A stretch of DNA of 63,861 bases, filler included, from Vannella sp. (taxonomy: Eukaryota): assembly GCA_023345925.1 (NCBI GenBank). It is 6 parts of 6 records of this genome, joined end to end, with 100 filler letters (N's around TTAATTAATTAA, not from the genome) between each part and the next. Parts side by side here need not be neighbours in the genome. Positions count along the whole stretch, not along the records: positions 35,238 to 45,668 come from JAJQQN010000150.1; positions 45,769 to 52,185 come from JAJQQN010001049.1; 4 more parts are not named here. The stretch is one strand, 5' to 3'. The notes beneath the pieces are model-generated. The model worked only from the letters and a program-made list of their open reading frames with translations, made no database searches and was not told the DNA's origin. Numbering within the stretch: the stretch's first letter is position 1; each line of letters opens with the position of its first letter. Shown one piece after another: positions 35,749 through 47,904 of this stretch. The position numbers were made by a program, and so were the translations under genes.

Positions 35749-37332
35749 ATGAAAGACGACATCCTCTCCGCGAACGAGATTACTTTCATTAAGGAGGCGC
35801 TGCACGAGCACAAACGGCTTGATGGAAGGGGACTATTCGATCTGAGAGCCACTTATGCAACCTTTGGTAGGGCCTATTAAGGAGGAGGATCGTTTCGATC
35901 TCACCTTGGTGGAACAGGAGAACAGCTGGGGCAGGTAGAGATTCAAATGGGAGAGACTAGGGCGATGGCGGTTGTCACTGCAGAGATCGTTGCTCCTCGT
36001 CCTGAGCGAGGAACAGACGGCTTCTTCCAATTCCAGACGGAGGTGCGCTTCTCTCTCGTCACCCTTTCGCCCTGACCCAAGGGACAGTTCTCTCCAATGG
36101 CATGCATTGAGTTTGGTAACGATCGGAGGAGCATGGCTCAGGTAGAACTGAGTCGGATTCTGGAACGCGGTCTTCGCGAAAGCAGGTGAGCTCCTTCTCC
36201 ACCTTTGGGTATCCGATCTGGCGCTCAGTCTCATGGAACCAGAGCCATTGATACAGAGGCACTTTGTATCGTAGCAGGGCAGAAGGTCTGGTCGATTCGT
36301 TGTCAAATCCACGTGATGGATCATGGAGGGAATCTGGTGCGCTTCCTCTGTGTAGCTTGACTGACTGATCAAACTAACCTGAGAACAGATCGACTGTGTC
36401 ACACTGGCAGCTATCACAGCTCTATTGCACTTCCGCCGCCCTGATGTGACCGTCGAAGGGGACGATGTTGTCGTTCACACCTTAAAGGACCGCCTTCCCG
36501 TTCCATTGAGCGTCCATCACATCCCCATTTCGATCACATTCTCTATATTTGAAGGAGGAGACATCATCGCGTACGTATCCTCGCTTCTTTCAGCTCGGTT
36601 TGACTCACAGGTTCGTGATCCAGCTGCGATCCTTCCTACAAGGAAGAGCAAGCCATGGAAAGTCGTATGACTATCACAATGAATGCTCAAGAAGAGATCT
36701 GTGCAGTCCAGAAGGCAGGAGGATCCCCCCTTTCCACTTCTCAGATCCTCGAATGCACGAGGATCACTTTAGTGAAGGTTCAAGAGCGTGATCGGTGGAT
36801 CAAGGAGAACCTTCAACGAGACTCTGATGTACGGAGTGGAAAGAATCCTTCTGCACAGGGAACAACTGTGCTTCTAAGCAAACAGGAGCAGTGGGAGTCA
36901 ATCTATCAGAAGGATCAAGACAGCAAGGCTCCTCCCTCTCTTAGCCAGCAACCACTGGACCAAAAATAGGCCAAAGAGAACGATGCAAAGGTGAACGAAA
37001 GCTCTGATGAGGAGATGGAGGAGTCAGTCCCTTCCTCTGCCATCAAGAAGGAGAGTTCAGCCAGCTTGTTCGCGGGTGGATCCTCCGCATGGGAGCAACA
37101 AGGTACGTTACATGCGTGTCACGTGCTTCCATTAACCGGGCCCGAAGGAGAAGACCCTTCGTATGTTGAGGTCAAACCAGTAGAAAGCGACAGTGAGGAG
37201 GAAGAGACCGTCATTCTCTCATCCACACTCCCCGATACCAAAGCCAAACCTCCTCACAAACCTCAAGCACCTGCTGGCGATCTCAGTGCTGCTCTCAAAG
37301 CCAAACCTTCCAAACGGAAGGCCAAAAGGTGA
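35749..37332 (+). CDS. RRP45: Exosome component Rrp45/EXOSC9
   Basis: Spliced: RLDGRG, FSPMA, LERGLRESRAIDTEALCIVAGQKVWSIRC, DHGGNLIDC, LLHFRRPDVTV, PLSVHHIPI, ICAVQKAGG; acidic/basic tail. Confidence 0.9.
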
Positions 37333-37837
37333 ACAGGGCCTTCCCACAGTCCCCAGCTCCACCACTTGACCACATAAAGCTTCGCTATCGCGGATGGTAC
37401 CTCACTCTCAAGTTAGTACCTTTCAACCTTCATCGTCAAGAGGAGCTCTCTTTCCCTCCCTTCCCCGTCCCGTTTGGATAGCCCGAAAACTCGCTGGAAG
37501 TTTCCCACCCCACATTTGAACCAATCCAATATCTCGAGTTTAAGACTCATATATTTTAAGATCTGTTGGGGTCTTTGGGGTCTGAAGGTTTGGCGTTTGT
37601 TGAGTAATCCAAAAGGGGTAACAATTGCGCCAATCATTGTTTGGCTGTTTGGGCAGTTGCGGTACTCCCTCCTCTCCGTCAAACTTCTCTTTGTACGTTG
37701 GGCGTCACGTTGGAAGCGTGCATAGTTTGGGGTTGTTGGCTAACAGGGACTAGGGACTACTTTCCAGAGAGACCGTTTGCTCCCGCGCCTGCTTCCGCTT
37801 CTTTCTCTTCTTTGTTCTCCTTTTTGCTACTTCTGAG

Positions 37838-40567
37838 ATGGGGAACAACTCCTCTCGCTCGCGGAAGATACGGGAGGAAGAGCATACTGATGTAGACATC
37901 CCCCAGCTGTTTGAAAAGTTCAAACCTGGCGCTCAAAGGATCGACTTGAAGGGTGCCGGTCTTCAACGGATGCCGGAGTGCCTCTTTCAGTACTCGGAGC
38001 TTACGTGGCTTCAGCTTAGTCAGAACAACATCCAGATCATTCAGCCTGCCATTGGCGGGCTGGTTCATTTGAAGACCTTTCGGATCTTCTCTAACCAGCT
38101 GACGTCTCTTCCCACTCAGGTGGGACTCCTCCAGCAGCTCTCCATACTTGATCTGGGTAAGAACAAACTTCAAGCACTCTGTCCTGAGCTCTGTCAATGC
38201 ATCAACCTCACTGAGATCAACCTTCAATGGAATCAGCTTACAATGCTGCCTGAGAGCATTGGGAACCTCTCCCGTCTTCGTGTACTCAACCTTTATATCA
38301 ATCGCATCAACGTACTGCCTTCCTCCTTCTCCAAACTGGTGGCTTTGGAGACCCTCGACTTGGCCCACAACCGGTTGGAGACTCTTCCAGTGCAGCTGGG
38401 CAGTCTCATCAACCTAGTCAGCTTCAACATCACTGGGAACAACTGCAAGGAGCTCCCAGACCTCACACACCTCAGCAGGATTCAGAAGTTTGATGTTCGT
38501 TGCAACTATCTCACAGAACTCCCAGAGTCCCTCAGTGCACTCCCCATGAAGAGCCTCTTAGCTAGAAACAACTGTCTCTGCTCCTTACCAGAGCAGTTTG
38601 GCGATATGAAGCAGCTGGAGGACTGCCGACTCGATACAAACAGCATTTCGTCCTTGCCCTCTTCCATCGGGCGCTTACAAGCTCTGAAGACGTTACATCT
38701 CTTTGAAAACCAACTGAAAGACGTCCCTCCAGAGCTGGGCGAGCTCTCACAGCTGACAGACTTGGATCTTTCGAGCAATCAGCTTTCCAATCTCCCCCAA
38801 GAAATGGGGAATCTCTCTCGTTTGGAGATTCTCCACATCTCTACCAATGCCTTCACTCACATGCCTCCGTGTATTGAAGGAATCACAAGTCTGCAGCAAT
38901 TGGAAGCTCACAACAATCAGATAACTTCCATTTCAGGGAGCTTCTTCAGCTCCTTGCCAAAGTTAGGAAAGCTTGTGCTCTACATGAACCACCTGGTCTC
39001 ATTCCCCGATGAGATATGCTTGTTGAATAATCTGCAGTTTCTGGAAGTCTCTTGCAACCGATTAGAGTCTCTGCCCGAGGAAATAGGCAAACTAGAAGCC
39101 CTGAGATCTCTTTGCGTGTCTCATAATCAATTGAAGACTCTTCCCACCTCCGTGAAAGGATGCAAATCACTGAAACGGCTCTACATCAGCTATAACCCTT
39201 TGGAAGACTTCTCTTTCCTTCAGGAACTGAACCAATTGGGCGCTCTGAGGGAGTTTGTTTGTGCTGGAGTGGGGTTAGCGGAGATTCCCGCGGTTCTCTT
39301 CTCCATGACAATGTTGAATCATGTGGACCTCAGCGACAACAATATTAGCACAATCTCACCTTCCGTGTACGATATAAGTGGCTTAGCGTCTCTTTATCTC
39401 AATTGCAACCGCATTGAAAGCCTTCCAGGAGGCATCCAAAAGCTACAACTCCTCAAAGACCTCGACCTTAGCAACAATCTCCTCCAAGGAGTGACTTCTG
39501 ACACGGGTTTAATGGCAATCCTTGAGGATTTGGACCTTTCAGGCAACCAACTGGATCAAATGCCGGAAATGGGCGAACTCAAATCCCTCAAAAAGCTGAA
39601 AATCGGGCACAATCGCTTGACGGAAGCCCCCCGAATGGCGCCCAAATGCTGGATAAGTGGGGAAGGAAACAGTAGCTCGCGGGTCATCAAACGGGGCAAG
39701 TATGCCACTTCTTACCCGATTCTTCTGAAAGTCAATTCGCGAGTGGCATTGACCAAACGGACGCATCCTTGGCTAGAGCATTCAGAGAAAGGTGCTTCTT
39801 TTACCTTTGGTTGGGCAGAGCTTCGGGGGCATCGACCTGACCAGCAAGACGCCATTTCTATTCATCGCAACATCCAAGGCACTAATCTTCACTTCCTGGG
39901 GTTGTATGACGGCCATGGCGGCACAGATTCTGCTGAGATTGCTGCAGATATCCTTCACCACGTCTTTGTGGACTGTTTGATGCGTTCGCCAGCTAGTGAG
40001 CTCAGTTTTGACCAAGTCCAAGCTCTCTTTTCCGATGCTCTGAACACTCTCAACACGGAGATGCGGAAGCAAGGTGTCGCTGATGGTACTACGCTCAATG
40101 CTATCTTCCTGACAGGGACCCACGTATTCTGTGCCAATGCCGGTGACTCCCGGTCCATCATGGTGCGAGGGGAGGACGCCATTGCCCTCTCCCACGACCA
40201 CAAGCCCGAGAATACGACAGAAAGACTCCGGATTGAAGAGTGCGGGGGCTTTGTCACTGAGAACAAGAGAGTGAACGGGGTCCTGGCACTCTCCCGATCA
40301 CTGGGAGACTTTGAACTCTCACCACCCATCACTTGCGAGCCTGAAGTGATCGCGCATGCCTTCGAAGCAGCAGACCGCTTCATTGTCATGGCTTGTGATG
40401 GTGTTTGGGACGTTCTGACCAACCAACAAGTGGCTGACATCGTCAAGGAAGCTCCCAGTCCGTCCCAAGCGGCGTCACGCCTTCGAGATGCCGCCTTCAC
40501 GCTCGGCAGCGCCGACAACATCAGCGTTATCGTTGCCAGCTTGAGCCACGGCGCTCAGGCGTCCTAG
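37838..40567 (+). CDS. LRR + PP2C protein phosphatase (PHLPP-like architecture), N-myristoylation motif
   Basis: MGNNSS start, more than 20 LRRs, then GHRPDQQDA, YDGHGG, ANAGDSR, DHKP, LALSRSLGD, ACDGVWD, DNIS; intronless. Confidence 0.9.
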   Translation: MGNNSSRSRKIREEEHTDVDIPQLFEKFKPGAQRIDLKGAGLQRMPECLFQYSELTWLQLSQNNIQIIQPAIGGLVHLKTFRIFSNQLTSLPTQVGLLQQLSILDLGKNKLQALCPELCQCINLTEINLQWNQLTMLPESIGNLSRLRVLNLYINRINVLPSSFSKLVALETLDLAHNRLETLPVQLGSLINLVSFNITGNNCKELPDLTHLSRIQKFDVRCNYLTELPESLSALPMKSLLARNNCLCSLPEQFGDMKQLEDCRLDTNSISSLPSSIGRLQALKTLHLFENQLKDVPPELGELSQLTDLDLSSNQLSNLPQEMGNLSRLEILHISTNAFTHMPPCIEGITSLQQLEAHNNQITSISGSFFSSLPKLGKLVLYMNHLVSFPDEICLLNNLQFLEVSCNRLESLPEEIGKLEALRSLCVSHNQLKTLPTSVKGCKSLKRLYISYNPLEDFSFLQELNQLGALREFVCAGVGLAEIPAVLFSMTMLNHVDLSDNNISTISPSVYDISGLASLYLNCNRIESLPGGIQKLQLLKDLDLSNNLLQGVTSDTGLMAILEDLDLSGNQLDQMPEMGELKSLKKLKIGHNRLTEAPRMAPKCWISGEGNSSSRVIKRGKYATSYPILLKVNSRVALTKRTHPWLEHSEKGASFTFGWAELRGHRPDQQDAISIHRNIQGTNLHFLGLYDGHGGTDSAEIAADILHHVFVDCLMRSPASELSFDQVQALFSDALNTLNTEMRKQGVADGTTLNAIFLTGTHVFCANAGDSRSIMVRGEDAIALSHDHKPENTTERLRIEECGGFVTENKRVNGVLALSRSLGDFELSPPITCEPEVIAHAFEAADRFIVMACDGVWDVLTNQQVADIVKEAPSPSQAASRLRDAAFTLGSADNISVIVASLSHGAQAS

Positions 40568-40680
40568 CGAGTCCAAGAGGACTCGTGTGTACAACTATGC
40601 AGGTGAATAAAGCGCTTCTAGAAGAAAGAGCCGTTGGGTTGTATCAAGCGGTCACAGGACCAAAGGGACATGCCAGAGCA

Positions 40681-41646
40681 CTACGCACGACCAAGGAAGG
40701 AACGTGTCTTCTCAAAGACGACCCACATCGTTGCATTGGCAGGGATAGAACGCATCAAACAAGGCGCAATCCCTCTTGTGAACCGTTGAGCGCCACCTTC
40801 TGCCCACAGGCTACGCGCACAGTGAGACCAGCCCATGTACTTGCGTTGAGACGGGAGAGCGGCATCTCCTTGCATGGCACTCTTGATCACATCCAAAGGG
40901 TACGTCGTGACCCAGTACATAAAGCCGCCCAATCCACCTGCAATCAGCAGCTCCGGAGTCCCCAGTTCGCTGGTTGGTCTTCCTTGAGCGAAGGACCGTC
41001 GAATGAGCTCGTTAAAGCCGAAAAAGGAGGCTGAGGCGGGGAGGTTGCGAAGTAAACAAGCGGAGAAGCCTTGATAAGCCCCTTGGACCCCTCTGGCAGC
41101 CGTGATTTCACGTGCACAGTGGAACACGTTCTTGTAGAGTGCTGGTTTCCCAGTACTACGAGTGCGAATGACCTCCACTTGCACCTGGGACTTGAAGAAG
41201 TCGATGGGACTCTCCACCAGCGCAGCGATACCTCCTGTGATCGCTCCAGCAGCAAAGTAATAAGGAATGGTCATCACCTGACCATCTTGCGTGCCCGAAA
41301 GCTTCTTCATAGCGTTAACGGACTGTCCAAAGGAGGAGAACATGATCGCACGGAAGAACATTTGGCCTACAAGCGGCGAACCCACCCCTTTGTAGAGGCC
41401 ACCGATACCCTCTCCCTTTACAGTTTGCATGAAGCAATCACGGAGACCACTGTACAGCGCCTGAGAGCCTGATGGCTGAGTTTGAAGGCGAACCTAACGT
41501 TACCACATCAGCACAAGGAGAGTCCGTCCTCATTCGAGACAGACCTTAAGTGTATCGAAAGGGTGTCCTACTAAGCATACTGCAATCCCTCCGATGGTCC
41601 CTGCGCCGACATCCTTTGCCGCGCTTACAAGAGAAGAGTCCGCCAT
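40681..41646 (-). CDS. SLC25A20: Mitochondrial carnitine/acylcarnitine-type carrier
   Basis: GHPFDTLK|VRLQTQP, GLYKGVGSPL, SPIDFFK, YPLDVIKS, RSIPANA; one intron. Confidence 0.8.
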
Positions 41647-41712
41647 CCCGCGCCAGCAACAAGTGAAGCCATAGAGGCGAAGGAAGAGGAAAGGAATGCT
41701 CTTTACATCGCA

Positions 41713-43664
41713 CTAGCGTCGGTTCTTCATCGCTGAGGGAAGCATGGGCATGCCTCCGCCAAAGAGGCCGCCTCCTCCGCCACCCCCAAACTTGGAAGCT
41801 CCGCCTCCACCGCCACCGCCGCCTCCGCTACCTCCGGAACCTGCGAGAGAGTTAGTGAGAGAGCACGCTCTATGAAGGAGAGAGCTACGCACTGCTTGTA
41901 GTCGGAGCGCTGCGGTCGTTGGTTTGCGATTTCTTCAGTCCTCCCTTGGAGAAGCCTTGGATAGAGTTGAGGAGCGCTCCACGGCCAGCCGGAGGTCCTG
42001 AAGGAGCACTGTTGCCTGCAAAGGCTGGTGGCGGGGGAGGAGGACCAGCTCCAGGAGGTGGCGGAGGTCCTCCACCAGAAGCAGGTGGAGGGGGTCCTCC
42101 TCGAGCAGCTGGAGGGGGTGCTACACTGCCTCTTGGAGGAGGAGCAGCTGGACCACGTGCCGGGGGTGGAGCTGGACCACGTGCGGGGGGCGGAGTGGCA
42201 CCACGAGAGGGTGTTGGAGGGCCTCCTCCTCGAGGAGCACCGCCACGGGGTGGAACTGGAGACCCTCGTGCAGCTGGCGTTGGAGGTTTTGGAGCACCTC
42301 CACCAAAGGGACTGGAGGTTGGAGCTCCCCCTCCGAACTTAGAAGCGACTGGAGAAGGAGCACTTGCTCCTCCTCCAAACCTGGATGGGCTGGGCGCTGG
42401 TGCTGGTGCAGCTCCTCCGAACTTGGGGGTGGTTGATGGACCAGAACCTCCTGCTTTCTTCATTGCTGAAGGGAGCATGGGCATGCCACCACCAAACAGC
42501 CCACCTCCACCGCCTCCTCCGAACTTGGAGGCTCCACCGCCACCACCTCCACCGCTGGAGGAGTTACTTGAGTCTGGCAAAGAAGTAGGGTTAGAGAGAC
42601 ACCATGTCAGATGGGGTAGAGGGCGAGTACGCACTGCTTGTCGTCGGAGCGCTTCGGTCGTTGGTTTGAGATTTCTTCAGTCCTCCCTTGGAGAAGCCTT
42701 GGATAGAGTTGAGGAGGGCTCCACGGCCAGCTGGAGGTCCTGAAGGAGCACTGCTGCCTGCAAAGGCTGGTGGCGGGGGAGGAGGACCTGCCCCAGGAGG
42801 TGGCGGAGGCGGAGGACCACCACCGGCGGGTGCTGGAGCTGCTGGAGGGCCCCCAAAGCTGCGTGGAGGAGGTGGAGCGCCTCGAGAAGGAGGAGTTGCT
42901 GGGCTACTACGGGCAGGAGGAGCTCCTGGAGAAGGTCTGCCAGCAGTGGGAGGAGCAGAAGGTGTGGGAGGACCTGGACGAGGGGCTGCCCCGCCTGGAG
43001 GGCCACCAGGACGTGGAGGAGGACCTCCAGGACGTGGTGGAGGACCTCCTGGTCGAGGAGGGGGTCCACCGCCTCCAGAAGGAGGAGGAGCAGGGGAAGA
43101 ACCTCCAAAGCGTCCAGCAACCGGAGGAGGAGCCGCTCTTCCAGCAGGAGAAGGAGGAGCTGGTTTGGAAGCTGAAGGAGGAGCTGGTCTGTTTGCAGGA
43201 GAGGATCCAGCTGGCTTCAAACCTGTCACAGAGTGAGAAGGAGGCCAATGATTCGATGGTGAAAGTGAAGCTTCTCTCACCTGGCATGCCTCCAGCTCCA
43301 AAGGGGTTAAATGGAGACGGAGAGCCTCCCCCGGAAGAGCCTGCAGAAGGAGGGGAAGGGCGTGGCCCAGCCGTGGAAAGACTTTTAGAGGGTAACGAAG
43401 GAACTCCCCCTGGGAACATTCCTCCGCCACCGCCTCCTCCTCCCCCTGATGGTTCTGAAGAGAGTTTGAGGAAGATGAAACGGGTGACAAGTAGAGGCAC
43501 TCACTGGCAGCAGTCAGAACAGGAGCAGACTTGTCAACAGTCTCTGCCTTCTTTAGCCCTCCTTTCTTGAAGCCCTCGATAGAGCCCAAGAGGTTCTTGC
43601 GCCCAGTATCAGGTGGCGGCGGTTTAAAGTTACCTGCTGGCGGTGGGGGTGGTGGAGGGGGCAT
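41713..43664 (-). CDS. Verprolin/WIP-like proline-rich actin regulator with three WH2 domains
   Basis: MPPPPPPPP start; RKNLLGSIEGFKKGGLKKAETVDKSAP and two RGALLNSIQGFSKGGLKKSQTNDRSAP; an intron follows each WH2. Confidence 0.88.
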
Positions 43665-44266
43665 GCTCACCCAGCTGCCTGTTGTGGTGAAATGGTCACC
43701 CGGCAAACCGAGTGGTCGTACATTCTCCCCAGCTCTAACGAGCAATTTGCAATATTAGTTCGTTATTCATTTTCAGGATAACACCACGTTTTCGGACAAG
43801 GAGTGGCATGATTGTGAGGATGTCCAAAAATAGACCTTTGGTGGTTCCTGGAAATGACAAGTTTCTGCGGAACCGGGTTTGGTGTGGGAGAAGCGGAGTA
43901 ACCAATCGAAAGTGATGGTGGTCTCTCTGGATTGGTTAGTCTTGCGGAAATATGGACCGCGGTATGTGGGAGTTCATTTTCTGCTCGCCCCACGCCAACA
44001 TGCTCTCAAACCTCCGCCTGCCTTCTCCTCTCCGTGGATTGAAAGACTTGATCATGGATTCAACCACCGAGACACTCGACACCATCCGGTTGCTCGCCAT
44101 CAAAAGGATTTGGTGAACACTCCCTTTCTGTACATATGTATGGACGTTTGTAGATAGAGTATACTCCGCTGTAACCCCCTCGTGATATACATAAACGTGT
44201 AACCATTCCCTATTCTTAGCCCCCCTTGCTATCGATCGTTCGAGGCTTTCTGTAAGAGAAACGTGT

Positions 44267-45338
44267 TCATTCGTAGTCAAGAGGGTCGAAGTTCTCTCCC
44301 TGCTGTCGCTTCTGAAGTATAACAGCCACTGCGATGAGACCTGTTGCAGCCAACACGAGCATCACCACTCCAATCATAACAAACCAGGCCCAATGGCCCG
44401 GGACAGAGTTGGAGACGGGAACATCCGTTACCAGAGCACCTCCAGAGCCAGAAGCAGACGGAGAGACAGAAGCAGTGGAGGAGGTAGAGGCAGAGGCAGA
44501 GAAAGGTGCATAGAAAGAGAGAGTGGAAGTAGGTGAGCTAGTTTCTGGGGCTGAGAGGGTGGCGATGAAAGAGGGACTTGACGTGGAGCCAAGGGTAGAG
44601 GGGACGGGGACACTTGAGGCTGCATCGGTGGAAGGTTGGATACCTGAGGAAGAAGGAGAGCCTGAAAGAGAAGGAGAGGCACTCGAAGATACACTAGAGG
44701 ATAGAGTGCCTGAAGGAGAGGGAGAAGCACTGAGAGACACCGGACAACCCGTCTGAGAGGAGACTCTGAGGGATCACTGTCTGTCAGTTCCGTGATAAGT
44801 CCTGGAACAGCGAGAACCTACACAATGAAGTACGTGCAGTCTCTAAGTTCAATGGAAAGGACTGCAGGGATGGTGGCGGTAAGATTGCACTGAACGAGGA
44901 CTGAGGAGTTGTACAGTCCGCGGTCTCCGCATTGCTCCCCTCCTCCAGAGTTGAGAGAGATCCCTTTTGCTTAGGTAAGTGTGTGGGTTACTTTCAATGG
45001 TTGACCCGCCCACCTTGTTTGCCACCCTCCAACGTTTTAAACTCTTCAAGTTCAGACGAACTGCAAGAGTGGGTGACGTTCTGGGAGTCAATGCGACACA
45101 CATTGCTACCTTTGGTACAGTTAGTAGTAAGAAGCTGTGTGTTCAAGGGATCACACAGGTTCAGGTAGAACAGCCCCAGATCATCACTTGTTCCGCTGAG
45201 GAAAGCGTCAAGTGGAGCATCTGAAGCAGCCACCAGCGGGCTCAAATCATAGAAGTCGTCTGACCCAGGGGCTCTGTAAGCACACTCTTTGGCAGTCACC
45301 ACGACCACCAACAAGGCGATGACCCAACCAACCCTCAT
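44267..45338 (-). CDS. Type I membrane protein: signal peptide, MRH/mannose-6-phosphate-receptor-like domain, Ser/Thr mucin stalk, TM, short tail
   Basis: MRVGWVIALLVVVVTA, FYDLSPL, FYLNLCDPL, Cys pattern, S/P/T-rich exon, WAWFVMIGVVMLVL TM. Confidence 0.65.
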
Positions 45339-45553
45339 CACAAATGGGTTCTCCAAAAAGAAAAACTGTCCACAATATGAAAAATGTAATCATTTTACAG
45401 CGATTTGGATCCATTCTCGAAGAAGCGTTTTGAGTGCTTTGAAGCTCAATTGAATAAGAACTGAACAAATGGTATTGAGATAAATTTCTGTCTGGTCTTC
45501 AAAAGTCTTGTCGAAGCACCTCGAAGCTTGTGCCATTTTCTGCGAGGTTGTTG

Positions 45554-45668
45554 ATGGAGGAAGGCAAGGAAGCCAAAGTTGAACAATCCACCCGGATTGC
45601 TTCGATATGTGACAAGGTGTTCCTTGTCTACTCTCTCATCTTCTACGGTCTGCAAGTGCTCTTTGGCT
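45554..45668 (+). CDS. 5' fragment of a possible membrane protein (cut by contig edge)
   Basis: MEEGKEAKVEQ...VFLVYSLIFYGLQVLFG runs into the gap. Confidence 0.3.
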
Positions 45669-45768
45669 NNNNNNNNNNNNNNNNNNNNNNNNNNNNNNNN
45701 NNNNNNNNNNNNTTAATTAATTAANNNNNNNNNNNNNNNNNNNNNNNNNNNNNNNNNNNNNNNNNNNN
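45669..45768. other. Artificial contig-joining spacer
   Basis: N-run with TTAATTAATTAA. Confidence 0.98.
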
Positions 45769-47276
45769 TGACTGAGACGAAGAAGGTAGAAGATATTGAA
45801 GATCTACCAAACTCCACTCGTACACTGTCCGAGAAGGCTCGGAAGAAGAACATCAAACGCAGGCTCAAGTTCAAACGCATTCGCTTGGAGCGAGAGCGAA
45901 ACGCTGTGCCCTCCCCAGTTCCAGAATCTAAGCAGCGATTGGAGCCCGTAGAAGAACTGAGGCTCAAAACGGTGTCTGAAACACTCCCATCATCCCTGGA
46001 AGAAGCTCTTCAGTTGCAGGAAAGCAAGAACGGGACGATTCGGGGTCTTCAAGGAAGTCTTTTCGTGTTCCTCCCAGAGTCCTTGATAAGCAAGATCTTC
46101 TCATTTGTTGATGTTCAAAGCCTCGTCCGCGTATCATCCGCCTGCCGCGCCTTCTATCACATCGGAAACAGCGAATCGATTTGGGGAGACACTCGTAAAC
46201 GCTACTTGGGCTCTTCAGCATTCAAAAGTGTCTCGAATAGCAAGTTCTCTTTGGCAAGAGAAGTTTTGGTTGTTCGTTCTCAGCTATTTTGCTTCCATAC
46301 TCGCAAGACATTTACTGAAGACACTCTCGGCATTCCTATCTCCTTTGAGAGGAATCCCCGAACACGGCAAATCCAGTACATCCATACTACTCTGGATTCT
46401 CTCTCTCGTGAAGCCTTCCAGGAGGACAAAGTACGGAAGAGTGTCTGGAAGCGCCCGTTCACTCATTGGCTTCCCCTGTATATCAGTCCCCAGCACTTCA
46501 AGCGCTCGCAAAAGAACTTTGGAAAGACGATTGCTGCCCTTTGTGATGCTACTTCCTACAGACCAGATATGGTCCTTGAAGTTATGCCCAAGTTGATGAA
46601 CACAATGGTGGTTTCTGTGATGTCTGGGGAGACACACGCCTCCATCGTTGCTCTTGAAGGTTATTGTGCCTTCCATCACATTCTGTTGAAGGTGATGGCA
46701 ACCAATCCCTCGCTTGTGGCCCGAGTGGAAGGAAAGGTAGCCGAATTCATCCGCCACGAACGCTCTCGAACCAAGAACGAAACTCCTTCACTGGGCGACT
46801 TCATTCCCCTCCTCGCAGTGAGCGAGAAGTACAGCTGGGAGGATGTACGTTCAGCATACGTCCAAGAGAACCTGGATCGGAATGCACTTTGGGTAATTAA
46901 GAAGTTCCCCCGTTTCCGTAACCCAGATCGCGGCTACGTGCAAGGCTCTGTTAACAAGGACCGTTTGGATAAGACTTTCGAGGCAAATCTCACTTCTTTG
47001 CGCCTCCTGATGTTCCATGTTCACTTCCTGACGAAGATTGTGCGCCCTGGAAAGTGCAGTTTGTCCCAAGTCACTTCTCATTATGATCTGTTCCTCGGTC
47101 GCCCAACCCTACAAATGAAGGAGGACTTGCAGGAGCATTGTAAAAAGATCCTGGCAGTGACTTCTTGGCCTCAGTTCTTCGCCATGATTGGAATGAAGCC
47201 ACCTTCTCCAGCTGCAGTCTCCTTTGTGTTAAACCAAGCAGTAGTCAACTCTAAGAAGAAAGGCTATCACAATTGA
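45769..47276 (+). CDS. F-box protein with an uncharacterised C-terminal domain (5' partial)
   Basis: F-box LPESLISKIFSFVDVQSLVRVSSACRAFY; then CFHTR...LGIP, HWLPLYISPQHF, HASIVALEGYCAFHH, PSLGDF. Confidence 0.75.
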
Positions 47277-47342
47277 GACAGCAGCGGCCTTGTTGAGAGG
47301 GCAGTGTATCAATAGCATCGATAAAGTATATTCTAGACTCAC

Positions 47343-47904
47343 TTACATTGCCCAGTCCTTCTCAGGAGGCTGTCCTATCTCAGCCAACTTTCTATTGGTC
47401 TCTTTCATCAAGTTCCGGTAAGGTTCTTTCAAGAGAGGAGGGAGTTCGATGGGTTGGTTGAACCAGAAGTGCTCCTCTTCTCGGATGCCTTTGGCCATCT
47501 CGTTGATGCGATTGGCTTTCGTTCCATACGCAAAGTCAGCTTGGTAGCCCACAAGGTAAGGCACCAGCACGATAGGGACGACATTCAGAGGAAGCGGCGA
47601 AAACTGGCGGAGAACTGCCATCCTGGCCAGAGTAACCCCGCTCATGGTCGCATAGAACGCTACCATCCACCATACCTACATGAGTGAGTATGTGTGCCAT
47701 CCAGAGCATCAGATTGAAGCGCACCCGATCGCGAAGAGTGGCGATTTGAATAGAAAGCTGGATATCTCGCTTCCGCTTGATCTCCTTGATGCGAAGAAGC
47801 TTCTCCATGACCACCTGCTCTTTCTTCGCCTCAACAAAGGGTCCGCCCAGCCACCCAAACACTCCCTTGTACCAACTTGCCACCACACCCGACATGCCTC
47901 CCAA
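47343..47904 (-). CDS. PLGRKT: Plasminogen receptor (KT)/DUF2368-like membrane protein
   Basis: QIATLRDRV|WW...VPYLVGYQADFAYGTKANRI signature; one intron. Confidence 0.7.

Noticed and set aside
41919..43758. Long Gly-rich and Glu-rich + strand ORFs
   Set aside because: Antisense shadows of the Pro/Gly-rich WIP-like gene
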